64,000 nt of DNA from Ignavibacteriota bacterium (GTDB lineage Bacteria; Bacteroidota; Ignavibacteria; UBA10030; UBA6906), in assembly GCA_963702445.1 (NCBI GenBank), contig CAVPCZ010000023.1, positions 35,004 to 99,003 of the forward strand, in the 5' to 3' direction. The translations under genes and the position numbers were made by a program. Under the pieces are notes generated by a model, which was not told the origin of the DNA, made no database searches, and saw only the letters and a list, made by a program, of their open reading frames with translations. Below, one piece after another: positions 1-12,400 of the stretch. Position 1 is the stretch's first letter. Each line of letters opens with the position of its first letter.

Positions 1-550
1 CCGATGTGGAGAAAATGGCGGCAATCTGCACGTCGCGCGCATCGAATGTCCCCCGGGCATCCCGCCACTGGAGGGTCACTTCGTCAGCCCGGGCCATCCC
101 CGCACTTTTCCCCATCCGGGCACCCGAAAGGGCCGGGATGATCCCCCGGGTGGCCGTCAGTAGGGACGAAGGGAATCGGAGCACGGTTTGACGCGGATCA
201 ATCCCCTTGATCAGCACCGGACGCACGCGCCCGCGGACATAGAGCGACCCCTGAAGAACCAGAATGGGCGTGGCGCTTCCCTTCTCCACAAGGGCGGCCA
301 GCTCCGGTGTCAGCCTCCCGTGCGCATCCCGGAGCGTCAGTGGATCGTAGGGATCGTATGCCTCGTGCCAGTATTGACCGCCCCCGTACTCGGTGTCGAT
401 CATGGCCTGCGCCACCTGATTGTTCATCCCCTCGAGGAGTCCCTGTGAGGCGATGATCGCGACGAAAGAGAACGAGAGAACCAGCACGTTCAACCAGGTT
501 CGCAGGCCGGCGCCGAGCAGGTTTCTGAAGGCGAGCCGTGGGAGCATCAT
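1..550 (-). CDS. ABC transporter permease, FtsX/MacB/LolC-like (N-terminal part; C-terminus lies beyond window start)
   Basis: Minus-strand translation from ATG 550..548 gives MMLPRLAFRNLLGAGLRTWLNVLVLSFSFVAIIASQGLLEGMNNQ..., the typical N-terminus of FtsX-family permeases (first TM followed by large periplasmic loop). Its start overlaps the stop of the upstream ATPase gene (ATGA). Not in ORF track because no stop inside window. Confidence 0.7.
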   Translation of the reverse strand, partial: MMLPRLAFRNLLGAGLRTWLNVLVLSFSFVAIIASQGLLEGMNNQVAQAMIDTEYGGGQYWHEAYDPYDPLTLRDAHGRLTPELAALVEKGSATPILVLQGSLYVRGRVRPVLIKGIDPRQTVLRFPSSLLTATRGIIPALSGARMGKSAGMARADEVTLQWRDARGTFDARDVQIAAIFSTS

Positions 551-1263
551 GACCGGCCTCCCGTCTCCCCGGCCTGCGTTACGTCCTCCGCCACATTTCC
601 GTCCACCAGGGATATCCTGCGCCGCAGATAGCGAATCACCTTTTCGTCGTGCGTCGAAAAGAGAAATGTCGTTCCCAGTTCCCTGTTGAGCGCCTCCATC
701 GTCCTGAGGATGCCGTGGGAATTCTCGGCATCAAGGTTTGCCGTCGGCTCGTCGGCCAGCACAATGGCCGGTCTCTTCACGATCGCTCTGCAGATGGCAA
801 CACGCTGGCTCTGACCTCCGGAAAGCTGGTGAGGCCGGGACTTCGCCCGGTCGGCCAGCCTTACCATCTCGAGGGATTCCATGACCATCTTCCTGCGCTG
901 TGAGGCGCTGATACGGAGAAGGATCAGGGGGAACTCCACGTTCTCGTAGACCGTGTACACCGGCAGGAGATTGAATGTCTGGAAAATGAACCCTATGTGC
1001 CGGTTCCGCAGCTGCGCCGCCCGAACGTGGGAAAGCGAACCTACCGACTCGCCAAGAACGGTTGCAGAACCTTCGCTGGGCACATCGAGCGTACCGATGA
1101 TGTTGAGAAGCGTGGTTTTCCCCGACCCGCTGGGCCCGACGAGACCGGAGAATTCCCCCCGGTGGAATTCCAGCGTCACGCCCCGGAGTGCAAGGATCGG
1201 GGTGTCTCCCATCGGAAATGATTTGACCAGATGATCGGTCCGGATCAGTTGTTCATTCTGCAT
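547..1263 (-). CDS. ABC transporter ATP-binding protein (LolD/MacB/FtsE type)
   Basis: Walker A GPSGSGKTTLLN, Q-loop, signature LSGGQSQRVAICRA, Walker B IVLADEPTANLD, H-loop. ATG at 1263 (MQNEQLIRTDHL...) preceded by AGGAAGGAA. The ORF-track start at 1290 is a TTG. Confidence 0.9.
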   Translation of the reverse strand: MQNEQLIRTDHLVKSFPMGDTPILALRGVTLEFHRGEFSGLVGPSGSGKTTLLNIIGTLDVPSEGSATVLGESVGSLSHVRAAQLRNRHIGFIFQTFNLLPVYTVYENVEFPLILLRISASQRRKMVMESLEMVRLADRAKSRPHQLSGGQSQRVAICRAIVKRPAIVLADEPTANLDAENSHGILRTMEALNRELGTTFLFSTHDEKVIRYLRRRISLVDGNVAEDVTQAGETGGRS

Positions 1264-1431
1264 GGAGCGCCTTTGAGTTTCCTTCCTCAACCCCTCACCG
1301 CAAGAGGGAGAGTCGCGACGAATGCCCTAACCGCGGATCGCCTGGACATCCCGGCGGGGCATCACGCCCTTCAGAACCGTGGCAACAGGTCCAAACAGAG
1401 CAGGCTGTCCGGTGAAATGGTTGCAGCGGTT

Positions 1432-2595
1432 CTAATGATTGAACACGGCCATCAGGAGGAATCCCCTCCCCAGAAGGGGGAGACTCTGCTGTGATGCGAC
1501 CACCAATCCCGGCCGCTCCGGATTGGCAAAGAACATCAGACTGAACATCCAGCTGTCATAGGTCCGGCGCCAGCTCAAATACGTATAGGCGTCGGAGTTC
1601 TTCCAGTCATAGTAGAAGATCGCCAGGGCCTCGTCCAGGAGACCCACGGGGTACGTCAATGACGCTCCGGTAATCTGAACCGTCTCTCCCGGCCCGAACG
1701 CCGTTTCCGCGTAGGTCTGGAGGAAGTGCTCGCCCATCACGGTCAACCCCCGGCCGGTGGAGATGGTATAGTCAGACCCCAGGGTGAGTGCCTGTTGCCA
1801 GGGATATGGCAGTGCACCGGTGGATTGACGTGTAACGGTCCCTTCGATCCAGATGCCCGGTCCGACATCCCATTTCCCATCAAAACCTATCCGGTCTTCG
1901 GGAAACGTCAGCGTCTGCTGGCTGGAACCGGCCTGAGACGGCAGGTCGTAGCGCAATTCCGCCGTGCGGTGGTTGTATGTCAGTGCCGTTTCCCCCGAGA
2001 GCAGAGGAATCTGTACACGGCCTCCGAACTCTGCAGACCCTTCTTTCGTGGGGAGAATTTCCCACCCCTTGATCTCATTCCGTCCGTACAGTCCCCAGAG
2101 CCAGATGTTTGCATTGCTCTGGAAGTAGTATCGGGCGAGCAGGCCATACACACCTGTAGTGACCTGGAGGGGGTCCCGCGGATCGATCGCATCAAACCAC
2201 ATGAGTGGACGAAAGAGGGTTGCAGATCCGAAGCTGATTTTCTGGAGCCCGGCGCGGAATTCAAACTGCGGGGACGCGTACCTGGCCCACCCCCGGTACA
2301 GTTCGGCTGTGGATTCCGTACTCGGTCGTTGATTCCGCTCCACATTTCCGGAAAGGAGCAGATTGACTGCGAGCTCACCGTCGAGGCTTTGTTCCCCGCC
2401 GAGGGGAACATTCAGGAAAAGCGATGGGATGTAGCGGAGTGTTGATCGAAAGGTCACCTCAGGGCTGTCGTTGATTCCGAGAAGGGTCGAGGCCTCTCCG
2501 CGAAACTCAGATTCCTGTCCGTTTACCTGTGAGGGGAGTGTACAGAGGAAGACTGCAAGAAGTCCTGATATTTCTTTCAGTGGCAGAGTCTTCAT
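1432..2595 (-). CDS. hypothetical secreted / outer-membrane protein with N-terminal signal peptide, co-oriented with the ABC exporter pair
   Basis: Intact 387-aa ORF; N-terminus MKTLPLKEISGLLAVFLCTLPSQVNGQE looks like a cleavable signal peptide. Aromatic-rich (W/Y/F) with Gly/Ser/Thr-rich segments, no recognisable catalytic motif. Confidence 0.5.
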   Translation of the reverse strand: MKTLPLKEISGLLAVFLCTLPSQVNGQESEFRGEASTLLGINDSPEVTFRSTLRYIPSLFLNVPLGGEQSLDGELAVNLLLSGNVERNQRPSTESTAELYRGWARYASPQFEFRAGLQKISFGSATLFRPLMWFDAIDPRDPLQVTTGVYGLLARYYFQSNANIWLWGLYGRNEIKGWEILPTKEGSAEFGGRVQIPLLSGETALTYNHRTAELRYDLPSQAGSSQQTLTFPEDRIGFDGKWDVGPGIWIEGTVTRQSTGALPYPWQQALTLGSDYTISTGRGLTVMGEHFLQTYAETAFGPGETVQITGASLTYPVGLLDEALAIFYYDWKNSDAYTYLSWRRTYDSWMFSLMFFANPERPGLVVASQQSLPLLGRGFLLMAVFNH

Positions 2596-2805
2596 CTGGC
2601 GAATCGCAATGAACTTTTCGGAAAGGCTGTGCGATCAGTAAACGGAAGGCGAAACACAAAACCGGGAATCAATCTGTGGTCCGATCTCGCCGGGAGAAGT
2701 CTCCCCCACTTGCCTTTCCATCGCACAGGATGTCGCACTCAACTCATGATCCGTGGTGGCAACGTACCACAGATGGGATGTTGAATAGGGACAAGAAAAT
2801 CCGGA

Positions 2806-4348
2806 CTATCGGGGAACGAGTCGGTAGCTGACGAACGCGAACTTCTTGCTGTCGGGCGACCACGAATGGACATTCAATGTTCCCTGTCCGCCAAACAGAC
2901 GCGCAAGTATCTTCACTTCTCCGCCTCCCGCCGGCATCAATCGCAGGACCACATCCTTGTTCGGTGGGTGACCTTCGACAGACTTCTGGTAGGAGAGAAA
3001 GACGATGTACTTCCCGTCCGGGGAGGGATGAGGGAACCAGTCGGCGTAATCGTCATCCGGCGTGACCTGTTCCTGATTGGAACCATCGGCATTCATCTTC
3101 CAGATTTTCATCTGGCCGGTGCGGACGGAATTGAAATAGATGGTCTTCCCATCAGGCGAGTACTCCGGCCCGTCATCCAGTCCTGGTGAGTCGGTCAGCC
3201 GTGTCTCTTTTCCTCCGCCAACAGGAATCGTATACACATCAAACTCGCCCTTCCGTTCTGCACAGTAGGCAAGGGTCTTGCCATCCGGGGACCAGCCGTG
3301 CCAGTAGGACGGTCCCATTCTTCGTGACCAGCCTGGGTTTCCCTCCCTTGGCCGGCGCCAGATAGATCCTTGAGAGCCCGTCCGCGTCCTGATGACTGAA
3401 TGCGATGGTAGATCCATCCCACGAAAAGCCATGATCGTTGTTGCATTGATCCTTTTTCCCGACGACGATCTGCTGTGGGTCCCCTCCTGCCGCGGGGATG
3501 GAATACAGGCGGCCCCGGGAGTTGTACAGCAGTGTCGTTCCGTCACGGCTCCAGTTCGGCGCTTCAATGTGCTCTTTGCCGCGCCGGACGAACGTGCGAA
3601 TCCCGGAGTTGATATCGAAGGTTTCGAGCGAGCTTTCGATGACCCGTGCCGAATCTGCAACCGGCCCTTTCTCGACGAAGGTCAGGTTGCCGAAGGTAGC
3701 TGTCTCCCGGGCATCCGGGTCGTGCGAAGCAGATCATGAGTCCGGCATAGACCGAATCGCCAAGCGGAACTGAAATCGGTCCCGATCGGGTGCCATTTGT
3801 TGTCCCACCCGCTCACAAAGAACGTGAACTGGTCTCCGGTCCTCTCCAGGGCGAACGTTTGCATGCCGGGGATGGGCGACTTGACCTCCGCCGTTTCACC
3901 CCCCTTGACCGCGCGATACTGCATGGAGATCGATCTATCGCCATGGATGACGGCATTGACATACGGATCATTTGCGTCGAGACCGGCCCGGATCATCCAG
4001 CCGGCCTTCCGGCGGGGGTGCGTTGCATCTGGTTTCCACGAGACATAGGTTTGGCAGGCGACATCTCCCGAGATCTTTTTCCATGCGAAGAAGAAGGCAT
4101 CTTCCTTTCCCCGGATGTCTTGACCGCTTCCGGTCAATGTGATCGTGTATCCCTCCAGGTCAACCTCCATCGTTCCCGGGAAGCTTCACGTTTCCGACGT
4201 TGGTGGTTCCCTGGAGAACAGGGAACCAGCCCTGCGGGATCCAGTATCCCTGGGAAGCGACAGGCACAGGCAGGAATGCGAGAAGAGAAAACGTGCATAC
4301 CACACATTTCCAGGATGAGAACAATGAAGCGGTCGAACGACTACTCAT
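2806..4348 (-). pseudogene. secreted TolB-like WD40 (PD40) beta-propeller protein with N-terminal ConA-like/jelly-roll domain; broken by >=2 frameshifts (about 4165 and 3670)
   Basis: Three consecutive minus-strand ORF pieces. 4348..4160 is a signal peptide (MSSRSTASLFSSWKCVVCTFSLLAFLPVPVASQ). 4170..3682 is the jelly-roll domain. 3660..2806 contains repeated PD40 motifs ([46 protein letters not shown]). The first ~100 aa of the 2806..3660 ORF are out-of-frame read-through. Confidence 0.6.
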
Positions 4349-4362
4349 GATGGTCTCCCGGT

Positions 4363-7347
4363 TCAGAACTTCACTCTCAATCCCAGGTTGCCCGACATCC
4401 CATAGTGCTCCTCACTGGCCGGGAAGAGGGTCTTCTGGTTTACATCACGCTCGCTCTGGCCCGTGACATTGTTCACGTTGAAGAGCAACTGGATCCCGAA
4501 CCACGGGAGATCCTGCTTGACGGAGATGTCCCACCGCGTGTACTTCGCCGAATTCACCCGGTTCTGCATCCAGAAATCGGGGCGCTTGAAGATGTTGTCC
4601 TGGTAGAGAAGGGACACCCGGGCGGAGAAGCCCTGGTAGTCATAGCCCATCACCAGATTCAGCACATCGTTGGGCTGGTTGAGCATGCGCGCCGTGTAGA
4701 ACGTATCAGTCACCGTCTGAAACATGTTCCCCTCATCGTCGTAGGTCGTGGAGACGATGCTCCGGGGGTAGCTGGCCTCCGAGAAGATATGGGTGTAGTT
4801 GATGTTCAGGATCAGCCCGTCAAAGGGTTTCGGCAGATACCAGAAATGGGTCTGCCATTCGGTCTCGATGCCATAGAGATCAATGACGTTCGGATTGTTG
4901 ACGTAGGTGTTGAACGTGTAGAGTTGTGCGCCTCCCTGGGGAAGATCCGGATACTTGTTCAAATTCGTGACATACGTATGGGAGAAGAATACCAGGTCCT
5001 TGATCCTCTTCTTGAAGCCGTTCAGGGAAAGCAGCCCGATCGCATTGGAATGGAATGAGATGACCAGATCCAGATTCTCCGAGGTGGCGGGCTCGAGGGC
5101 ATGGTTGTTGTAGTCGATGGTGCTCTGGGAGATCAGATAACGCGGGGTGAGCATGCTGTAGTCAGGGTAGTTGAGCGTCTTCGTGTACGCAAAATGGAGC
5201 TGCAGCCACTCCAGCGCCCGGTAGCGTGCGTGCACCATCGGGAGCCAGTAGCCGTGCGTATGCGAGATCGTCGTGTCTCCTCCCTGGAGGCCGCCGGGTA
5301 CGGCCATCCCGCGGGTTGCGGTGTACGAGGTGGTGAGATTCTGATAGCGTACACCGGGCAAGAGAGACAGCCTGGTCTCCGACGTTCACGGTCGCCATCA
5401 CGTAGCCCGCGCTCTTGTCCTCTGTTCCGTCATAGTCGTTGATTCGTGATCCCAGCTTATTGGGCTGATAGCCTCCCCGGAAGCCCGTCATGGGTGTGGC
5501 CTTGGCGACCGGCAGGAGAAACCACATCATGTCCACGTTGATCGGATAGGCAATGGTGTATTTTCCGTCCAGGAAGTTGCGATAGTCATAGCTATAGCCG
5601 TTCGTGAAGTTCTCGAAGCTGAGACCTCCGGGCACCGTTTTCAGCCAGGGATACGCGCTGATCCATGCATTCACCATGGCGTCTTCGTGCCATGCGCTCC
5701 CCGAGTTCACGGTGTAGTCATACTCGCGCGTGCGGTGCTGCCACATTCCGCCAAACTTGATCTTGGCGGACAGCTCATCGGTAAGGGAGAATTCGGTCTG
5801 CAGGTCGAGGTTGCCGGTGATGGCCCGCTCCGTCCGAGAGGGTCTCCGATGTGGTGATGGGCTCCAGGATCGCTTCCACGAGGCTCGGCTTGCAGCAGCG
5901 ATGCGATGTATTCAGGTGACTGCTTCGTGATGTTCGGCATGTTGGCGTAGCCTGCAATAGGCTGATGTCCCGCGAAGGAGAGATCCTCCGGGCTGTGGTG
6001 CTTCGTGTAGCTGTGTGACAGCTTGAAATCCAGATGGAAGAGCGGGATCTCCTGCTTCACGCTCAGCAGGTTCGTAAGCACGCCGAGGGTGTTGTTGGTC
6101 TCTCCGCCATTGTACCAGACATCGTTAATACTCGCTTCCGGTCGGATCGTCTGCCCTCTGGTCACGGCCCGCGTGTCGCTGGAGCTTAAGAAATTCATCA
6201 GGCTGATCTCACCCATATCGTGCTGGTAATCCAGCACCAGCGTTCCGCCCACACGCTTGCGCTCCCTGGCCACGTCCGTCATTGTTATGGAGGTCAGATC
6301 GGGGATGCCGGCATCGCCGTGGGTTTTGTCGTTCAGGACGTAGCTCACGCCCAGTTCGTTGGCGCTCAGGTTCCGCTGCTCGGCCGAGCCCTGGAGGAAG
6401 ATGCCGAATTTCTCGTCGTCGAAGCGTTTCTCCACCGAGGCGGTATAGAGGTAGTCGGACGTCGTTGCCTTCAGATGGTTGTAGCCATACTGAGCCCTGA
6501 GGTCAAACTTCGGCACCCAGGATGCATCCTGATCGGCGACTTGCCCGGTTGACTTGGCGGCTTTCCGCATGCCGAAATTCACCACACCGCCGATCAACGT
6601 GGCGTCCATATCGGGTGTGATGGCCTTGATCACCTCGATCCCTCCGAGCATGCTCGAAGAGATCATGCTCAGGTCCGCTGCCCGGTCACCGATGGAATTC
6701 CCGGTGGACTCCAGCGCACCTCCTGCAGAGTTGATGTTGTTCGTGGATGGCACGTCGCTCGGCATTTCCACGCCATCGATAGTGACCTGGTTGTACTGCG
6801 GCGACAGTCCCCGGATCACGACCTGGGCCCCTTCCCCACCGGTACGCACCAGGGAGACGCCCGGAAGCCTTCCCACCGACTCAGCAGCGTTGGCATCGGG
6901 AAGTTCCTGAATGCGCGCCGCCGAGACCGCATTCATCACCGGCATGGAGCTCAGCTGCCGGTTGATCGCTTCGTTCTGTCCGGCCGCCTGCGCGGTCACG
7001 ACCACCTCTTCTCCTTCAACTCCCACGGCGGCAAGCTTGAAATCCTTGTGCACATCAGCCCCTTCACGCAGTGTCAGCGGGCTGGTCGCCGTGGTATACC
7101 CCACATAGGTCACGCGGACCGTGTAACTCCCCGCTGGAACGTTCCGCACCATGTACTTCCCGTCAATGTCTGTCTTGCCTCCCATGCCCGTTCCTACCAG
7201 GAGCACATTCGCCCCCGGAAGTGCTTCCCCGGTCTGCGAATCCCTGACGATCCCGGAGATCGTGGCGGTTTGCTGCGCAAACGCTGTCGGTCCCATCGAG
7301 GCGACAAGAAGCGCCGCAACTGCACAAATATGGTAGACCGTTCTCAT
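4363..7347 (-). pseudogene. SusC/RagA-like TonB-dependent receptor (CarboxypepD_reg N-domain + plug + 22-strand barrel), copy 1; >=2 frameshifts (about 5750 and 5360)
   Basis: N-terminal piece 7347..5707 has a signal peptide (MRTVYHICAVAALLVASMGPTAFAQQ), a CarboxypepD_reg-like segment (ISGIVRDSQTGEALPGANVLLVGT..DGKYMVRNVPAGSYTVRVTYVGY) and a plug/TonB-box region (VVTAQAAGQNEAINRQLSS...VVIRGLSPQYNQVTIDGVE). Barrel continues in frames 5746..5162 and 5361..4363, ending in the canonical aromatic terminus ...GLRVKF. Confidence 0.8.
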
Positions 7348-7483
7348 GAGGAGTTACTCCTTTCCGCTTTTGATTCCGCGCCACCCGACGCAAGAGCCAT
7401 CATATCAGGGGAAAAAAGGGGCGCCCCAGAACCTGATCCGAGGCGCCCTGAGCTACAAAAGCCGAACAGATGAGACCGCATCC

Positions 7484-9317
7484 TCACTTGATCAACATCA
7501 TCTTGCTTGTGGTGACGAAGTTGTCAGCGGTCAAGCGGTACACATAGGTGCCACTGGACAGCTTCGAGGCATCGAATTGGGTGGAGTAGCGTCCCGCACC
7601 CAACGTCGATGAAACGAGCGTTGCCACTTGCTGGCCCAGCATGTTGTAGACCGTCAGTGTGACCATGTGACTGCTTCGGGAGAGAGAATTCAATGGTCGT
7701 CGACGGGTTGAACGGATTGGGATAGTTCTGTGACAGGCTATAGCCCTCCGGTAGCGTATTCACCATCTGGACATCCGTCGTCGGCTGCACCCATAGTGCC
7801 TTCTTAGCCGGGAACCAGTTCAGGTCGCCGAGCGGCAACCCATCCGTACCGGCGGTCATCAAGCGATGCGTTGGTGTACGCAAGGTTCTCGGGCAACGGC
7901 CATGTCGGAGGATACAGCCTGTTGTTCGGGAAGGCCCACCGACGGCTCTCGTCGATTTGGCCGATACTGATACGGTGGACGTACCAGATCACCGAATCAA
8001 CGTGTGCATTGACATTCGCGGGGAATCCCGGATCGCCCGTGATTGGGATTCTTGTCGATCTTGATGCCCGTTGACAGTTTGCCCGCCAGGCTGTCGATTG
8101 TCCATTTCGAGTAATTGGACAGATAGGTCGGCGTCTAGAGGGTTCTCTTGACACGCATCTTGGGATTCGCTGCCGCGCGATACACGGGTACGTTTATGCT
8201 ATCATAGATACGTCGTTGTATCGTTGTAGGCCTTCTGGAAGTCCACCAGCTTCTGCGGTATGAACCAGCTGTTGTTCTTTGCCTCGAAGACCCGCTTGGT
8301 CGCATCCAGCATGCCGGCAGTAACACCATGTGCGGCGTCAACAAAGGCCTCAGGACCGGTGAAGATGCCAGGCTTGTTGTTCGTCGCATCCCACCACAGG
8401 TTTGCCCAATAGCTCACGCTGTCATTTCCTCTGATGCGGATCATGCTGCTTGATGCGGTATCCGGGGAGTTGAGGAACCAGCCATTGATAACGTGGTCGG
8501 GATTCCCCATGGCATGCTGCGCATAGAAGATGTTGTTGTTGATGTGGATGTTCGACGCCTGCCTGATCAGGAAGGGATTGACGACAGAGTACACCATCGT
8601 GTTGTGTTCAAACCGTGCAAGCGGAGTGTACCCGCGGTAGTTGATCGTGTACGAGTTGTTCGCAAAGAAGGTGTTGTTGAACCAGAGGGTCGTGTCCAAC
8701 GCCACGGGCTGCCCGCCCATGAAGGGATCGCCGTGGAACCATGAACCTGTATGCATATGGTTTCTGAAATTGCAGTCCTGGACATCAGTCTTGAGCCAGT
8801 AGCTCTGGCTGATGGCAGTACCCAACCCGTCAAAGACCATATTGCGCAGTTTCAGCTTCACGCTGTCTGCACCAATGCTGATGGCGGTGACTCCCCCAGG
8901 CGAGCCAGGCTTGGTCCGAACGCATGGAGAGCATGTACAGGTCGCGCATGAAAACCTTCGCGCCCTTCCCGATGAAGCTGAAATAGTTCTACACGGAGGA
9001 GTTATCGACAAGAATGGCGGGTGCGAGGACCGGCGGCCTGATACCCGCCGAGTCATTGGCGATAATGGTGATCGGGCCGTTGATGTTCATGGGCGCGGTG
9101 ATCTGATAGACCGACCCACGCCGCAGCTTGTAGACCCGGTTGGGGTGGGCACGCACGCCGCCTGCCAACGTATCACCGTTGATCACGGTATTGATATTCC
9201 CGGCAGGTGTGGCAGACGATCGTAAGTGTGTCTACCGTCATTATCTGTGCAGATGTCTCCAACGGCATGCACAAGACCGCCAGCCCGATCACTGCAAGCG
9301 AATACAATAACTTTCTC
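7484..9317 (-). pseudogene. secreted right-handed beta-helix (pectin-lyase-fold-like) protein with T9SS (Por) C-terminal sorting domain; >=5 frameshifts
   Basis: Revcomp from 9317 gives MRKLLYSLAVIGLAVLCMPLETSAQ (signal peptide). Central pieces 9186..8989 and 9056..8202 carry Asn-rich repeats typical of parallel beta-helices (NNTFFANNSYTINYRGY, IHINNNIFYAQHAMGN). C-terminal pieces 7883..7524 and 7693..7484 carry the T9SS CTD ([22 protein letters not shown] ... [40 protein letters not shown]). Confidence 0.55.
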
Positions 9318-9415
9318 ATAGTACATCTCCTGAAAAAAGTACATGGATGGTGAGTTAGGTGGAGCGATTACAGCGAATGCAGTCTCTGTGGACCTCCTTT
9401 TGTTGTGAGTGTTGA

Positions 9416-12400
9416 CTAGTAGTGAATGACAAACCCGAAATCTGCCGACATCCCATAGCGCTGCTGGGATGCCGGATAGAGGTTCTTCGCGTTGAGATCG
9501 ACATCGTCTTCGCCCGTGATATTGTTGAGGTTGAAGTATACCTGCATACCGAACCAGGGCAGGTTCTGCTTGACCGAGAGGTCCCACCGGACATACTTGT
9601 CGGAGAAGACCCGTTGCTGCAACCAGAAATCAGGCCGCTTGAAGATGTTGTCCTGGTACAGCATCGAGAGCCTTGCAAGCTGAACCCGCCCAGATCGTAG
9701 CCAAGAGCCACGTTGGCCACATCGTTCGGCTGGTTGAGCATGCGCGTTGTGTAGAACGTGTCCACCTTCGTCGTGTTGAAGTTCCCCTCATCGTCGTACT
9801 CGGTGTACACGTTGGTCTTCGGGTAGCTCGCCTCCGAGAAGATGTGCGTGTAGTTGACGTTCAACACCAGCCCGTCAAAAGGCTTGGGCAGGTACCAGAA
9901 ATGGGTCTGCCACTCGGTCTCGATGCCGTAGAGATCGATGACTCTTGGATTGTTGATGTAGGTGTTGAACGTATAGAGCGACGAGGTTCCCTGTGGCAGG
10001 TCCGGGTATTTGCTCAAGTTCGTCTCGAAGGTGTGGGTGAAAAACACCAGGTCTTTGATCTTCTTCTTGAAGCCGGACACGGAGAGAAGGCCGATCTCGT
10101 TGTTCAGGACGGAGACGACCAGGTCCAGGTTCTCCGAAACGGCCGGCTTGATCGCATGGTTGTTGTAGTCGATGGTGCTCTGGGAGATCAGATAGCGGGG
10201 CGTGAGCGTGCTGTAGTCCGGGTAGTTGAGCGTCTGGGTGTAGGCAAAATGGACCTGCATCCACTCGAACGGCCGGTAGCGCGCATGCACCATCGGGAGG
10301 AAAAATCCATGGGAATGGCTAACGGTTGTGTCCTCCCCTGGAAGCCCTGGGGCACCACCAATCCCCGGGGGGCCGTATACTCGGTAGTGAGGTTCTGATA
10401 GCGGAATCCGGGAAGCACGGAGATGGTCGGGCCGAAATCCAGAGTAACCATGGCATAGACCGCACTCTTGTCTTCATAGCCATTGTAATCATTGATCAGG
10501 GACCCGAGTTTGTTCACCTGGTAACCTTCCAGTGATGAAGTCGCCTTGGCGATTGGCAGGAGGGCCCACATCAGATTGACATTCATGGGATAGGCGAGTG
10601 TGTAGTCGCCATTGAGGAAATCGCCGTATGCGTAGCTATCGTTGGTGAAATTGATGAGCCCGAGCCCGTACCCGGCCTGGCTCATGATGAGCCAGGGATA
10701 CGCTGTCCGCCAGGCATTGAGGACGTTACCTCCACCGGAATAATACTGCGCTCCCCCGGCGGTGTTGTAGTCATATTCACGGGTCCGGTGCTGGTACATG
10801 CCGCCGACCTTGATGCGGAGGGAGAGATCCGTGGAGAGGGCAATGTCTTTGCTCAGATCCAGGAAGCCCTGGAGCGTCCGCTCATTCGAAGATCGATCCG
10901 CTGGTGTTGAGGCTCATCTGCCCCGCTATTGTCTGGTCATGAACGACCTTCGAGTCAAGGGTCTTCGGATCAATCTTTGTGTAGTCCCCCAGATTGGCAA
11001 GGCCGGCCGGTGTCTGCCGGAAGTTGAAGAACATGTCCTCCGGGCTGGTGCTTTCAGAATAGCTGTGCGAGAGCTTCAGATCGACCCGGAAGAAAGAAAA
11101 GTCGTGCTTGACGGAAAGAAGGTTGCTCAGGACGCTGAGCTCGTTGTTGGATTCGTTCGCATAATAGTACAATTCATTCGACTCTGGGATAGAGATTCTC
11201 GCCCCGCGTGATCTCCTGTGTCGTCTGCAAGCTCCCGAAGTTCAGGAACCCGATCTCTCCCTGCTCATACTGGTAATCGACCACCACCGTGCCGCCGTAC
11301 CGCTGACGCTTTCTAAAGGCGTCGTTGACGGTCATGCCCGTGATCTCGGGCAATCCCTCATCGCCATGGCTCTTGTCGTAGAGCGTGTAGCTTGCGTCCA
11401 GATTATTGGAGCTCAGATTGCGTCTTCTCATCCGACCCCTGAATGAATATGCCAAGGCTCTGATCCTCAAAGAAGCGCTTCTCCAGCGAACCGACCATGC
11501 GATAGTTGTCGTAGCTTTGCTTCAACTTGGTGTAGCCTCCCTGCAATCTCAGCTCGGCCATGGGTATCCACGACGCCTCGCGGCCTTCTCGCCCCTATCT
11601 CCGTCTGCGTCTTCTGCGCCTTGCGCAGCCCGAAATTGACCACGCCGCCGAGAAGTGTGGCGTCCATATCGGGCGTGATGGCTTTCGTCACTTCGATTCC
11701 GTTCAGCATGCTCGAGGAGATCATGCTCAGATCCGCACCACGGTCGCCGATGGAATTTCCGGTCGATTCCAGCGCGCCTCCTCCACCGGTGATGACGTTC
11801 TGGGAGGTGACGTTGCTCGGCAGCTCCACGCCATCAACGGTGACCTGATTGTACTGGGGCGAAAGACCGCGGATGACGACCTTGGATCCTTCACCGCCCG
11901 TCCTGATCAAGGACACACCCGGGAGACGGCTCACCGATTCGGCGGCGTTGGCATCGGGAAGTTCCTGAATGCGGGCACGCGAGACGATGTTCACAATCGG
12001 CATCGAGGACAGCTGCCGGTTGATCGCCTCCTTCTGCCCGGCCGCCTGCGCTGTAACAACGACTTCCTCTCCTTCCACTCCGACAGCAGTCAGTTTGAAG
12101 TCGTGCTTGATCGTCCCCCCATCCTTCACCTCAATTGTCACTTGTTTCTCCATGTAGCCAATATACGTGGCCCGCAGCGTATAGGATCTGCGGCGGCACG
12201 TCCCGGATGAGGATATTTGCCGTTGATATCGGTGGATGCCCCGAGGCTTGTCTTACAGCAATGCGACGTTTGCCCCGGGCAAAGGATCGCCCGTCTGAGC
12301 ATCGCGAACAACTCCCTCAACGATGCCGTTGGCGGCAAATGCTCTTGCTGTGGAGATCAGTGGGAAGACAAGAAGGACCACGAGGAAACATCGTAGCATT
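9416..12400 (-). pseudogene. SusC/RagA-like TonB-dependent receptor, copy 2 (tandem paralog of 4363..7347); >=6 frameshifts
   Basis: Revcomp at 12400 gives MLRCFLVVLLVFPLISTARAFAANGIVEGVVRDAQTGDPLPGA (signal peptide + CarboxypepD_reg). Piece 12153..11467 has FKLTAVGVEGEEVVVTAQAAGQKEAINRQLSSMPIVN...VVIRGLSPQYNQVTVDGVELP, near-identical to copy 1. Further pieces at 11470..11174, 11172..10882, 10799..10188 and 10293..9355. The C-terminal piece 9664..9416 (…NLYPASQQRYGMSADFGFVIHY) is homologous to the copy-1 C-terminus. Confidence 0.75.
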
